Shown: in pieces, positions 1-9,149 of the stretch
Position numbering within the stretch: position 1 is the first letter of the stretch
Layout of the letters: every line of letters starts with the position of its first letter
Source: Schmidtea polychroa
Taxonomy: Eukaryota
DNA: 64,000 bases
Assembly: GCA_044892525.1 (NCBI GenBank)
Contig: CM097885.1
Span: 2,482,001 to 2,546,000, forward strand
Direction of reading: 5' to 3'
The notes under the pieces: model-generated
What the model was told of the DNA's origin: nothing
Database searches by the model: none
Seen by the model: the letters and a program-made list of their open reading frames with translations, nothing else
Translations under genes and position numbers: made by a program

Positions 1-700
1 CAGTGGGCTCCAATGTTTTTATTCTGGGATTTTCAATACAAATAAATTTTTTTTCAGACCATAGTGAGGGGGTTTCGATGGAACCTGAGAATTTCAATAG
101 AAAAAGAGGCCTTTACTAAAAAAAGCGTAGAATTTCTCAGACTATAGTGAGGGGTCTCTTTGGTCCTGGGATTTTCAATACAAAAGGGTAGTTTTCAATA
201 GAAAGCCAAGAATAAGGAGAGTATTATTTGGGTGGGTCAACTTGGTCCTGGGATTTTCAATACAAAATCCGTCTATCACTGAAAAAGCCATGGTAATTTA
301 ATTTCTCAGGATATTGTCAATAGAAAAAAGTCGGTCTACACTAAAAAAACAGTGGTAATTTAAGGTCTCAGGATATTTTCAATACAAAAAAGAGGTTTAC
401 TCTAAAAAAGCATGGATTTTTCTAATTAAATTAAGCGGGTATTCTTGATCCTGGGATATTAAATACAAAAAGGTGGTTTTCAATAAAAAAGCAATGATTT
501 TTCCAAGTAATTTTGCGATGGGTCACCTTGGTCCTGAGATTTTCAATACAAATTTCAATTATTGATAAAAAAGCCATAGTAATTTAAGGTCTCTAGTCAT
601 TTTCAATAGTAAAGCATTGATATTTCTAATTAAAATAAGGTGGGTCACCTTGGTCCTGGGATTTTCAATAGAAAAATGTGGTCTACACGAAAAAAGCGTG
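1..700. repeat. Degenerate tandem repeat tract, ~60/120-bp units
   Basis: Recurrent motifs ttttcaata(c/g)aaaa and gggtcaccttggtcctgggat at roughly 60-120 bp spacing; no ORFs. Confidence 0.7.
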
Positions 701-1330
701 GTAAATTAAGGTTAAATAAGTAATTGATGGTCTAAAATTTTAAAATAAAGTAAATTATGGTGTAAAAATTTGATTAAAGTAATCAATGGTTCAAATAAGT
801 AAATTAAGGTTCAGATTTTTGAATTAAAGTAAATTATGGGTCTAAAAATTCAATTACATTAAATTATGGGCTCAGATCTTTGAACTATAGTAAATGATGG
901 GTCTAAAATTTAAAATTAAAGTAAATTATGGTTCAAATTTTTGACTTAAAGTAATTATGGTCTAAAATTTAAAATTAAAGTAACGAATGGGCTGATAAAT
1001 TTTATTTTTTAAGATAAATTTTAATGAAAATTTTTATGAAATAATTTTTTAAGTAATTTTTAATAGAAATTTGATTAAAATATTTTTCAATGTTAATTTT
1101 AGATGCAAATATTTTTGAATATGAAAATAAATATGAAAATAATGGTTACATTTGGTTGTTAAATAAATTATGGTGTAAAATGTTAAATTAAGTAATACAA
1201 GGATAAATATGTAAATTAAGGTTCAAATTTTTTTATTAAGTAATCAATGGTCTAAAATTTTAAATTATAGTAATAATTTTTAAATAAGGAAGTTAGAGTA
1301 ATGTAATAAGTAAATCAAAGTAAGATTTTT
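700..1330. repeat. Degenerate AT-rich tandem repeat, ~30-40-bp units
   Basis: Repeated aagtaaattatgg(t/g)tc(t)aaaattt motif, densest at 700-1000 and recurring at 1160-1270. Confidence 0.65.
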
Positions 1331-1703
1331 AAATTTATTAACAAAAGTTTGAATAACCACAAACCTTTTGAGAAATGTTATTTTTTAAAAAAAATTTTAA
1401 TAACTTTTAAAGATAATTTTTATATAATACTCGACCTTTGACCTCTTACATAACAATTATACTTTATTAGAGTAGTGAGGAGTATAAACCAAGCCAAATA
1501 TCCCAGGATATATTATTATTATTTAAAAATGTCATTTAAAAAGTTATAGTTCAACGTGAAAAAGTTACAAAGCAGAAAGAAGAAAACAAAAAAAATACTA
1601 AACAGAAGGAAAAAACTACAAATAAGACTAAAAAATCAATAAAAAAGAAGAGTTGGATTAAATTATAAACAAATTAATTAATTAATAAAATAGGCCATTG
1701 ACA

Positions 1704-1969
1704 ATGAAATTACAACGTAGTTTACCATATTTTAACGCCTTACTAAAGACTCCAAATAATAAAAGAACGAGTATATTACAAGCTTTTCCATCATTTGTTA
1801 TTGATGATTTACTTGAAGTTATTGTTAACATAGTTCGTGGTAATGTAAATAATACCTTAAAGCTTTGTATTACAAAGACATAAGAAAAAAAACAACAAGG
1901 CGGTTTTTAGGTACATTAATTCCAATTGTATTATCGGCTATAAGCACAATTTCGTCATTAAATTCTTAA
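1704..1969 (+). pseudogene. Polinton small core/membrane-active protein (PW/cupiennin-like), disrupted
   Basis: MKLQRSLPYFNALLK...LLEVIVNIVRGNV, then after a stop and a frameshift QQGGF-LGTLIPIVLSAISTISSLNS*. The NxxxGNV...QxGGFL plus amphipathic-tail pattern is typical of this Polinton gene. Confidence 0.65.
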
Positions 1970-2084
1970 AATATAATATCATAGAAATAAGAATAGAAGC
2001 TAAGAATTCATTACCGGATAAACATAATTTAGATTTAAATATATTAACATCGTGTTGTAATAATGAAGGAAACATTTTCCAAAA

Positions 2085-3181
2085 ATGTCAAATCAAAGAA
2101 GAAAATATTTGAGAAAAACTCAAAACGATTTGGACAAACCCGAAAGATCCAGATGGTTTGGTTGATGTAGAAAAACTTGCAAAAAGAGTAAATAATTCAA
2201 AGAAAGAAACTTAAAAATGGTTATCTAATCAATTAGCCTACAGTCTAAATAAACCAATGTTAAAAAAATTCCCCACGAGATCTTATAAAACATTTGGTGT
2301 TAATGATTTATGGCAAATGGATTTAATGGAAATGATTCCAGTTTCAAAAAAATATAAAGGATACAAATATATTTTGACATGTATTGATGTATTTAGTAGA
2401 TACGCTCGTGCTATCCCAACAAAATCTAAATCAGCTAATGAAATGGCTGATGTATTAAAAACATTATTTGCTGACGGACAGCCTCGTAATTTGCAAACAG
2501 ATTTGGATAAAATTATAAATTAAATAATTTTAATTAATTTTAAATTTTGGTAAAGAATTTTATAATAGCAAAGTTAAAGAAATTATAAAAGGAATAAATC
2601 ATTACTCAGTATTTTCACAATATAAAGCAGCATATGTGGAAAGATTCAATCGTACTTTATGAGATCGTTTGAAAAAATATTTTGTATATCAAGGCGATAA
2701 AACGTGGATAAATGTTTTGTCAAAAATAATTTACAGTTACAATTTTTCACCTCATAGAGGATTAAATGGAATGATACCAATCGATATTTATTCAACAAAT
2801 AATATTGATACTTGGATATCACAAGATAAATCAAAAACAAAAAAGCCGAAATATAAAGTAGGAGACCATGTTAGAATAAGTAAAATCAGTGCTTCTCCAT
2901 TCATCAAGAATTTTGATAACAATTGGAGTGATGAAGTTTTTAAAATATCGAAAATAGATACTAATCAAATTCCGGTCATGTACTTTATTACAGATAATGA
3001 ATACGATCAAGTTAGTGGCAAATTCTACGAACCAGAACTACAAGTCATTCCATCACCCACAATCTTCAGAATTCAGGAGATTTTAAAAATTAAATCAGAC
3101 GATAAATATAAACAATACTATGTGAAATGGCATGGTTATAAACATCCTAGCTGGATATCTGAAAACCAATTGATTAAATAA
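2085..3181 (+). pseudogene. Polinton rve integrase with C-terminal chromodomain, disrupted
   Basis: Motifs DLWQMDL, YILTCIDVFSRY, LQTDL/GKEFY, AAYVERFNRTL, YKVGDHVRISK, NWSDEVF, GKFYEPEL and YYVKWHGY..SW. Contains in-frame stops and a 43-bp AT-rich insertion at 2507-2549. Confidence 0.92.
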
Positions 3182-3186
3182 ATATT

Positions 3187-3570
3187 ATGAAGGAAAACCA
3201 GTTTTATATGATTTTACCTAGTAATAGTTGTCCTCTTATTTATCCTGATAATAATGCTAGTAATTTTAAAGTTGAATTTCAAAACCCAATTTATTTGAAT
3301 GGGAAGTGGGAAGTAGCTTTGATTGATTTTACATTTGTGTATAATCATTTTCCGTATTACAGTAATTCATGGGTACAATACGAATTTAAAAAATCATGCG
3401 AAGAAACTAAATACTTGAAATTTGATAATCAAAACAAAATCTTAGAAATTTTAAATTCTACATATTTTCCAGATGTTGATGTGTTCTTGGAAAGATATGA
3501 AAACTTAGAGATAGTTTGTCCACATGTTCCATTAAAAATATCATTTCTTGACACCAAGCATGCATCTTAG
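3187..3570 (+). pseudogene. Polinton minor capsid (penton) protein, N-terminal part
   Basis: FYMILPSNS...YPDNNASNFKVEFQNPIYLNGKWEVALIDF matches the Polinton penton N-terminal signature. It starts 5 nt after the integrase stop and is truncated. Confidence 0.8.
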
Positions 3571-4092
3571 TTTGAATTAAAAACTATCTATCCAAATTAC
3601 CTATGTATCAGTTGCAATATATTGATTTACAAAAATATCGAGATGAATTTAGCTGCGAAATCAATATTATTGCAGGTGACACTGATTCCTTCTTTTTATA
3701 GGTTAAAGGATGCAAATTAGATGTGCTTTTACCAGCTATGGTAAGAGATAACATGCTGGATACACAGAATTACAATTAATCTCATGAACATAGAGAGCAA
3801 CAAGGCTAAGGGAATAACATTGAAGGGTACCGAATTAAAACATCAATCGTACATTGATTGTTATCATAATAATTCGATGATTTCAGTACCACAATCTCGA
3901 ATAGTAAGTAAAAATCATCAGTTATTTACAATAAAAAATATCAAATTAGCCCTAACTAATAATGATGATAAGAGACATTAGGTAAATAAAAATGAAGGTT
4001 TAGCATATGGCCATTATAAAATATTTAACCCGGTTATGGGTAATAGTAACAATGCTGAAGTTAATGATCCGGACGAAAATAATAATCAATAT

Positions 4093-4886
4093 TGTTGGGG
4101 TTAGAGCAAAAACAAAATAAATTTCACATGGTACCAGAAAGCAGAACAAAAATTGGTAAAATCAATATAAGTACAAAATTAATTAAAATTTAATGAAAAT
4201 TAAAAATCAATATTGGGTATGGTTGAATGCCAAATTGTTAGACGAGGTTAGAAAGCAAAATAAAAATGTAATAGGGTGATCATAGAAAAAGTTAATAAGG
4301 AGAAACAAATTAATTAAAATTAATTAATCTGTAATGGAAAGCCCGAGCCAATGGAAAGCCCGAGCCCATAGGAAACCCGAGCACTGAAGAAAACCCGATG
4401 CGCAGTGAGACCCGAGACACCAGATAAGGTAATAATAATTCGAGTTATAATTTCAGGGTAAACAAATAAAAATAATTGTCAAACCTTTCAAAATTTACTT
4501 AAGGTGCCCTGGGAAACAATAAATTTCATTTTGCTAGATAATTGGCCTCTTAGACACAGTATAAAAGGAGAGCTTAGAAATGAGCAAGCCGCCATTTGGT
4601 CGAAGAGAAAAAGGAAAAAGCTAAACAGAAAATCCAGCAAGGACAAGTCAAAAGAGGAAATTTGTGAATTATAAAGAAGCTAGACTCGTACAAGAAAAAA
4701 TAATTACCCCTTGGGTTTCTTACCTTAGCGAACCAAATTTAAATTGAGAGAAAGGTGCAAATAGTGACAAATTGTAATTGTGATAAAAATCAAATAAAGT
4801 TATTCTGTGTTGAGTTTTCATTGATTTGGTAAAATAAGAACACGAGGAGTCAGAGAAAGGACCGACTTACAAATAAAAACTCAACA
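4093..4886. mobile_element. Solo LTR-like insertion (outer), ~250 bp excluding the nested LTR
   Basis: TGTTG...CAACA termini with an ATAT target-site duplication (4089-4092 / 4887-4890). Its removal rejoins the PolB reading frame. Confidence 0.75.
4330..4871 (+). mobile_element. Solo LTR (inner, nested), 542 bp
   Basis: TGTAA...TTACA termini, TATA-like gtataaaagg (~4559), AATAAA (~4793) and near-matching flanks aatc/aata. The 3' half resembles the LTR at 16858-17629. Confidence 0.75.
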
Positions 4887-5222
4887 ATATGTTCATCCAC
4901 ATTTCCCAGATGATGATTATGGTCACCCACACTTTCCATATGAAAGGGAACATCAATATGTACTTGAATGAATTTTGAATTAAAAAAAATTTATTTAATA
5001 TAATTATTGTTTTAGTTCTTACTTGTATCATTTGCATTTTACGTTGTTATTGTAAAGTATCCTTTAGACAATTTTATTGTGAAATAGTCAAAGTTTTTAT
5101 TGTTGTCATCATTATCATTGTCATCATTATAGTACTCTGGTTCAAATACATATATGTATGACTTTTTCTTATATAATTATGATACAATAAATATATATAT
5201 CTATAATAAAATGATAGAATTA

Positions 5223-5376
5223 TGTAACACCATACCCCAGATATTACGTATTACTGTATATCATGGGATATTTGGCTTGATTTATACTCCTCGCTTGTCA
5301 CTACTTTGCTGTACCTCTAATTAACTAATACCTCATTAACTTATTACTCGTCAGCCATACTTATCTCCCCATTACA
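5223..5376 (-). mobile_element. Short LTR-like box (154 bp)
   Basis: TGTAA...TTACA inverted termini and a minus-strand TATA-like agtataaat. No TSD or PPT found. Overlaps the inverted repeat shared with 1471-1512. Confidence 0.35.
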
Positions 5377-5925
5377 TGTTATAATCATTGTTAATACATT
5401 TGTCATAATCAATTATGGCTATTGACAACCACACCTTTCCAATTGTTGTCCAGGGTAGCCAAACTCCGACAATTGGGAATGTGTATGTTGTTACTTATAA
5501 ATTAAAACTTTTATTTATTATTTATTCATTTTTTTTCCTTTAATTATTTGGGGTTTAACTGATGACCTACCAATTAATAAATGAGACAACGCGAGTTCAA
5601 CATTATTTATTTTTCACCGTCAACAGTATCCAACAATGAAAAGTATGTATTTACGAATCCACTCCATAACCCTGGGACATCATCTTCATTTACTTTGCAT
5701 CTACATTATTTATTTAATAACATTGATTTTACATTTAAACAATAAATAATCTCCATTTGGACTGATTGTAGCCATACATCTGTAGTAAAAGTAGTAACAG
5801 ACTTTCGCAACCTCTAAATGAAGGATGTCAGTTCTAATATTTTCCACACTTGTTTTCAACCCTAAAAGGTATAAAATTAGAGGGAATGACTTTGAAAAAA
5901 ACAACTTTTATTTTTCATTGGGATC

Positions 5926-6501
5926 CTACTCAGTGGTGAGCTTTGAAAAAAACAACAAAGGGCTCGCAAAAATAAATTTAGGTGTTTTTCGTCTAGAAAA
6001 AAATGCTTTCCAATTGTTGTCCAGGGTAGCCAAACTCCGACAATATATAATTTTATTCATTGTTATTTCCAATTGTTTGGTTCCATGTCGATACCGTATT
6101 ATTGTTTCTTCCAGCTTATATATTACCCCTTCGATGGTTACAGTCTCTCCAACATCAATATTTGAAGTGCTTTTCTTTTTTTTCGCTTGTCGACATTCGG
6201 GCATTGGACCATACTCAAGTGTCGAGTGTATTCTTACCATTGAAACACTTGTCATTAATGCAACAAATTCTTGTGAAATTTCCAAAAACGATTCGGTGCT
6301 CCACTTCAATGGAATTATTGAATATTCCATCTCCGTCGCCACATTCTCGTCGATTGTCAAATCAATTTCTACGGATTCCATTACATCGTCAAACGGAATT
6401 TGTGCCACTTTCTTCGTTATTGTAGTCGATGTTGATGACATTTCTCGAAGTTTCTTATATTCATCCAACGAGTATCTCTTTGATGGTTGGTTTTTGGGCA
6501 T
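5926..6501 (-). CDS. Hypothetical 191-aa accessory ORF (mobile-element associated)
   Basis: ATG-initiated ORF starting 10 nt after the exonuclease stop; no recognisable domain. Confidence 0.5.
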   Translation of the reverse strand: MPKNQPSKRYSLDEYKKLREMSSTSTTITKKVAQIPFDDVMESVEIDLTIDENVATEMEYSIIPLKWSTESFLEISQEFVALMTSVSMVRIHSTLEYGPMPECRQAKKKKSTSNIDVGETVTIEGVIYKLEETIIRYRHGTKQLEITMNKIIYCRSLATLDNNWKAFFSRRKTPKFIFASPLLFFSKLTTE

Positions 6502-6511
6502 TGGTATATCA

Positions 6512-7015
6512 TCAATCCACTTTCTGATATACCTTGCGAATGCGTTTTACGTCCTCGAGAGCCGAATGCACACCAATTTGGGTCTTTTCTCCACATATTT
6601 CTTTTACTATGGTTTGTAATTTAAACCATTCCCCTCTTCTGGTTACTCCCATGTTCTGCAGTACTGGTGCTGCTGCCAAATCTCGAATGACATATAATTG
6701 TTGAATCCATATTCCCAAATATTGCAGTTCTGCATGTAAATCATGGCCCACTAGTATCTTGCAAACTGTCTGCTGTAAGATGTCCTTTGTTGCCACATAT
6801 TGATCGTATTGATTCCTGCTGGCTACTTCTGTGATATCGTGGATTCTTGAATTAAAATGCCGAATTTTTCACCTTGGAGTCAGGTATATATTCTTTATTA
6901 TTTTTCCATAATAATTCATTATTGCTATTGCCAAAGAGACCATTTTTCCTTGTTCTGACGTGCCATATTCTGCATCTACAAATAATATTCTATTGCGAAT
7001 TTCTTCTAAATCCAT
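6512..7015 (-). pseudogene. DEDDh 3'-5' exonuclease, REXO4/ISG20-like (167 codons, one internal stop)
   Basis: Manual translation from the ATG at 7015: MDLEEIRNRILFVDAEYG (ExoI DxE)...IMNYYGKII..YLTPR*KIRHFNSRIHDIT...KILVGHDLHAELQYLGI (ExoII-like)...IRDLA...FKLQTIVKEICGEKTQIGVHSALEDV...VY (ExoIII HxxxxD). TGA at 6869-6871. Confidence 0.85.
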
Positions 7016-7499
7016 TTCCTTTCTGAGAAACGACTTTATTTTTCAACATCTCTTTTGAAATTTTTTGTAATATTGGGTCACTTGGCTGCATCTGTGGAAC
7101 TTCGTTCGCTTCATTTTCGGTTCTGATTTCCACTACCATGGTTGTTTCTTCATTCGCTGCTCGTAACATTCTCCACATGAAGTCTCTCTGCAACTTCCAC
7201 GACGTGAATTTTCTAAGTTCCCACCATATTTTATTGTCATTCGTTAGTACCTCAACCGTACCCTTGGTTACATGCATTTGATATTCTTCTTTCCTTGACA
7301 TCTCAACTTCTTCTGCCAATCACAATTTCGACTTCCTCATTATCGTGAACATTTGAATCTTCATCTTTCTGTCATCGATTCTCAAATAATTTGGGATTAG
7401 AAGATTTTCATTGATCCGATATACTTGTTATCCGGCATGATTGTTTTTCATTTTGATATAACTGTCGTAGGTTGACCTTGCCCATTGTATTTGTTCCAT
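6990..7499 (-). pseudogene. Hypothetical ~169-aa accessory ORF with two in-frame stops
   Basis: The ATG at 7499 is in frame with ORF 6990-7319 (MEQIQWARSTY...*...*LAEEVEMSRK). Its end overlaps the exonuclease start by 26 nt. Confidence 0.45.
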
Positions 7500-7901
7500 T
7501 ATTTTTTGCTGAAATAGTTATAATTAAAATTTGAAATTAATTTACTTTTAAAACTAGGATTGAGATGGGTACCCAAAGGATACCGTCCCACCCACTAGTA
7601 ATATAAATAAATAATAATAATGATTTTGCTTTTCAAAATTAATTTAGTTTAATGAATTTAACCCGCCTTTAGGACCCTTATGAAAATTTCTTTAACCCTT
7701 TTTCTCTCCCCTTTATTACAGCGCTAACCAATCAGATTGATGCTTTCCTTTGCCATTGAAAAGTGCAGATTCACAAATAAAATAAAGTAAAATGTTGATT
7801 ATATCCATGATGAAATAAAATATTAATAATATCCATAAAATATTTGTACTATATTACTACTACTACTTTATCAATTTTGTATGCAAAGTATTTATGTCTT
7901 A

Positions 7902-9148
7902 CTAGACAAACGTTTCTTCATAAACAATCCAAAGTCTCGTAATCTCGGATCTATTCGTAGAAGATTTGAGTATTGATCGAAATTCAATTAGCACAATGAT
8001 GATGAGAATAATGAGAAAGATTGTTATAGTGAGAGTAGTTATTAATAATGTCACACACACAATTTCATTGTCAATTTTTAATGACGTTATGGATTCATTA
8101 TTAGTCATTGACTCATTGATGCTAGAAAAGATAATTCTGTTGGCAGAGTTTGGGGTTCGGTTTGACTGATTTGATTTATGTCGATTTCTATACTGCAAGT
8201 TGATAGATGGAATTTGCACAATTTTATTTTCCACTAAAGTTAATTGCCGTCGATTTGAAAATAGAGAATGTCTATAATATTTTATTTTGATGAACACTAA
8301 TTTTGACGTAGATATTGATGAACGTTGACGAAAAGTTAATATTTATTTTTTTCATTTAATATCGATTGAATTTTCCCATAATAATATAAAATAGCTTTTT
8401 GATTGGGCTCCACTTGTCGGGTAACATTCACTGTTTGATTGAAGATATGAAAGGTAACTCCGTTTGCTTCATTAACTAGTCATATCAAATGTTGACTAGA
8501 GTGGATTCTGACCCATTGACGATCAATCTCAGTTCCATTCTCATATAAAGATTTTTCATAATAATGAATCAGAATATTATAGTTATGATGCAATTTTAAA
8601 TTGGCATACTTTATAAAGGGTTTTCTGCTATTCAATGTATCTATCACATAATTTTGAAAAATTGTTTTTACTTATTGGGATTCCTGGGGTTCCCAATATA
8701 CGTCAATCCCATTTACTAGTGGTTCAATTGATATCCGATTATGAAATCTCTTTGTCCAAATATTAATGCGTATAAGATTTTGCATTTTTGTATTATTGTT
8801 TTTTGAATCTAGTTGCGTAATTAACCACGGGTATTCATAATTCATTGTTAATTGTCTAGCCACATAAATATTTTTATTGTTGTTTAACTTTATTGGGGGT
8901 TCAAACTATTAGATTACTTATCTCAACTATTTGAGTACATGTTGAGTATATATGAATTTTTCTAATAGGATAACTGTGGTAATTATATACAATGGGAATG
9001 CTCTCCCAGTGTTCACTGATATTATATTGATAATCATTACTGTTGTAATTAATAAAACTTTATTGTTGTAACTCAATGGAGCAGGGTTTTTTGTAAACCT
9101 TTGTTTAATTACTGGGTTTCCTGCATCTTTATATGGTTTTGATCTCAA
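7902..9148 (-). pseudogene. Decayed env-like / membrane protein region downstream of integrase
   Basis: A hydrophobic signal-like segment follows the RYPLRSKP integrase end (KVLLITTVMIINIISVNT). ORF fragments contain several NxS/T sequons. C-terminal TM-like stretch IVCVTLLITTLTITIFLIILIIIVLIEF followed by a short basic tail. Confidence 0.45.
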
Positions 9149-9149
9149 T

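Larger units (their letters stand above)
3600..4971 (+). pseudogene. Protein-primed family B DNA polymerase C-terminal fragment, interrupted by LTR insertions
   Basis: IIAGDTDSFF (~3667-3696), KAKGI, KLALTNNDDKRH and LAYGHYKI. Removing 4093-4890 restores an in-frame tail ...DENNNQYVHPHFPDDDYGHPHFPYEREHQYVLE* ending at 4971. Confidence 0.85.
1471..5305 (+). mobile_element. Polinton/Maverick (adintovirus-like) remnant, internally deleted and pseudogenised
   Basis: Co-oriented fragments of a GG-motif core-like gene, an rve integrase with chromodomain, a minor capsid N-terminus and a protein-primed PolB C-terminus. Bracketed by an imperfect inverted repeat (1471-1512 / 5257-5305). Boundaries are uncertain. 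Confidence 0.85.

Noticed and set aside
5555..5610. CTGATGA suggesting a hammerhead ribozyme
   Set aside because: No GAAA core partner or convincing stems nearby.
5825..6619. 264-aa plus-strand ORF
   Set aside because: Antisense shadow of the minus-strand cassette, whose frame carries recognisable exonuclease motifs; no domain evident.
7560..7600. Possible Helitron 3' end (imperfect hairpin followed by CTAG-T)
   Set aside because: Weak hairpin, no 5' end or Rep/helicase sequence; cannot be supported from this window.
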